A stretch of 64,000 nt of DNA, taken from assembly GCA_026026165.1 (NCBI GenBank), contig JAPEUD010000012.1, positions 248,001-312,000 of the forward strand. Reading direction: 5' to 3'. The position numbers and the translations under genes are program-made. Source of the DNA: Sarea resinae (Eukaryota). This document shows positions 62,564 through 64,000 of the stretch, one piece after another. The first letter of the stretch is position 1; every line of letters starts with the position of its first letter. The notes under the pieces are model-generated. The model saw only the letters and a program-made list of their open reading frames with translations, made no database searches and was not told the DNA's origin.

Positions 62564-64000
62564 TCAGAAGTGTAGCAGCTCAGTCTGACCGATCGCGGAC
62601 CACTCTAGCATTCTCCGATCTATTCCCTGCTTGGTAAAAACTTCGCCCTCTTCTACGTCGTGATCGTGCCGCCACCTCAGCTGCGTGATGGGTATGTGCA
62701 TATTATACGCATGGAGATCGCGCAGCTCGTCGCGGAGGTAATCGCTATCCCGCTCCGTCCCGGTCTCAAAGCACATCATGTAATAATATCCTGAGCGATA
62801 GATGTGTCGGGCGCGCACAGCAAACTCATCACGAGACATGTCCCACCGGAACGTGTGTCCCATGTAGAAGCGGAGGGCGAATTGCTCCTTGGCTAGGCCT
62901 TGGAAGCGGAAGTAGAGTTGCTCGCTGCCCTGAGTGTAGGGATTTGGCTGGACGGAGACATTGACGGAGAGGTTGCCGATGGCGTTGATGTAGCTGCCTG
63001 CATAGTCTGAGAGAGGACGATGGGGCGCTTCTTGGATCTGGCCTCTCTGTCTGTCCAATTCATGTTGGATTTTTGTCTGGTACCCTGCGCCGGCTTGGGA
63101 GCTCTGCTTGACGAGGGAGACGTAATCGAGCGGTGGAAAGGGAGTAGAGAAGACCCTGGAGATCATCATGTGACCGATCCAGTCCGGGAGGTCGCAGAGT
63201 CCGATGGAATTCTGTAAGACTACAATTGCGCTTGAAGTTTCAGGGAATAGGTAGGCAGCGGATGAACAACCGGGTAGCATGCCTTCATGAGCATAGGCCA
63301 AGCGAGGGGCGCCTCCAATGCCGTGGTCAGGTGCGGATGGTAGCAATATCCTGTTGATCGCGCCCAGTGAGTTTGGGAGCTCAGCCCTGATCCACCCGAG
63401 TGCAAATTGCTGTCCACTGCAGGGCATATGGACGTGGCCTGCCATGATGGTCGAAAGCTGCTTCAATGGCGAACCCGGAGTTGAGGTTGTCTGATTTGTT
63501 GCTTGTTCGCTTGCTGCGACCATGATGGCGGCGTAGAAGTGTAAGAGATCATTCACGCAGCTGCGGATTCCAGCGGCTGGGGCCATGAGCGTCCGATCAC
63601 CAAGCCTCGGTGGGCTGATCTGGTAAGGGGTTCCGTCTGAGAGAGAGGCATATGATCTTGACACGTTGTCCACTTGGCCTGAAGGGTCTTCGGTGAATGT
63701 GCGACGCATACCTAGAGGATCAAAAATGCGCTTTTTGACAAACGCCCCGTAAGACATGCCGGTCAATCTCTCAATGGCTTCTCCCACAACGCAGAAGGCC
63801 AAATCGCTGTATTTCACCCCTTGACGAAATGGCCTGACCGTTTTCAGTGTGTTGAACATTTTTACGCAATCTGCCTTGGACAGCAGTAATTCATTATCCG
63901 AACCGGACCAGATGCAATCAGGAGCCAGACCTGATCGGTGGCTCAAGAGGTCGACGACGTTCAGATCTTTGCCAAGACCAGAGATGCTCTCTGCGAGCTC
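62564..64000 (-). CDS. Beta-lactamase-family (serine hydrolase) protein, 5' end outside the window
   Basis: DLLSHRSGL; YSDLAF; IFDPLGMRRT; PAAGIRS; HEG motif; C-terminal YAGSY region. The ORF is open to the window edge. Confidence 0.85.
   Translation of the reverse strand, partial: ELAESISGLGKDLNVVDLLSHRSGLAPDCIWSGSDNELLLSKADCVKMFNTLKTVRPFRQGVKYSDLAFCVVGEAIERLTGMSYGAFVKKRIFDPLGMRRTFTEDPSGQVDNVSRSYASLSDGTPYQISPPRLGDRTLMAPAAGIRSCVNDLLHFYAAIMVAASEQATNQTTSTPGSPLKQLSTIMAGHVHMPCSGQQFALGWIRAELPNSLGAINRILLPSAPDHGIGGAPRLAYAHEGMLPGCSSAAYLFPETSSAIVVLQNSIGLCDLPDWIGHMMISRVFSTPFPPLDYVSLVKQSSQAGAGYQTKIQHELDRQRGQIQEAPHRPLSDYAGSYINAIGNLSVNVSVQPNPYTQGSEQLYFRFQGLAKEQFALRFYMGHTFRWDMSRDEFAVRARHIYRSGYYYMMCFETGTERDSDYLRDELRDLHAYNMHIPITQLRWRHDHDVEEGEVFTKQGIDRRMLEWSAIGQTELLHF

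Noticed and set aside
1..64000. CRISPR arrays, transposons, tRNA/rRNA genes, secondary-metabolite cluster
   Set aside because: No repeat-spacer arrays, terminal repeats, transposase or reverse transcriptase motifs, cloverleafs, or PKS/NRPS domains recognised. Neighbouring genes are functionally unrelated.

Overview
Gene-dense, intron-rich eukaryotic DNA from a filamentous ascomycete (Pezizomycotina). Evidence: short GT-AG introns with CTRAC branch points and fungal housekeeping orthologues. I reconstructed about 25 protein-coding genes by eye, including antizyme, a yippee-domain protein, HIS7, DCD1, ATG7, OST3, MRM2, an amino-acid permease, RFT1, DBP3, a quinone oxidoreductase, a Sec14-like/APH-kinase fusion, RFA1, two dienelactone hydrolases, UBP14, ISU1, CSN3, PRO2, RPL18, a mitochondrial carrier, an SR splicing factor, a sterol acyltransferase, fimbrin and a partial beta-lactamase-family gene. 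I recognised no transposon, tRNA, rRNA or CRISPR array. Strongest non-obvious signals: (1) ISU1 encodes its conserved YHEKVLDHY motif only if a non-canonical ATAAGT...AC (AT-AC) intron with a U2-type branch point is spliced, and its promoter carries five ATCTGAT (iron-GATA-factor-like) sites. (2) Antizyme needs a +1 frameshift at UCC-UGA that appears only after splicing. (3) An apparent Sfh5/Sec14-like lipid-binding domain is fused to an intact APH/choline-kinase-like domain. (4) The SR gene has a long first intron with out-of-frame competing acceptors. (5) GC3 peaks coincide with microsatellite-rich convergent gene ends. All gene models are manual and have not been checked against RNA-seq or databases.
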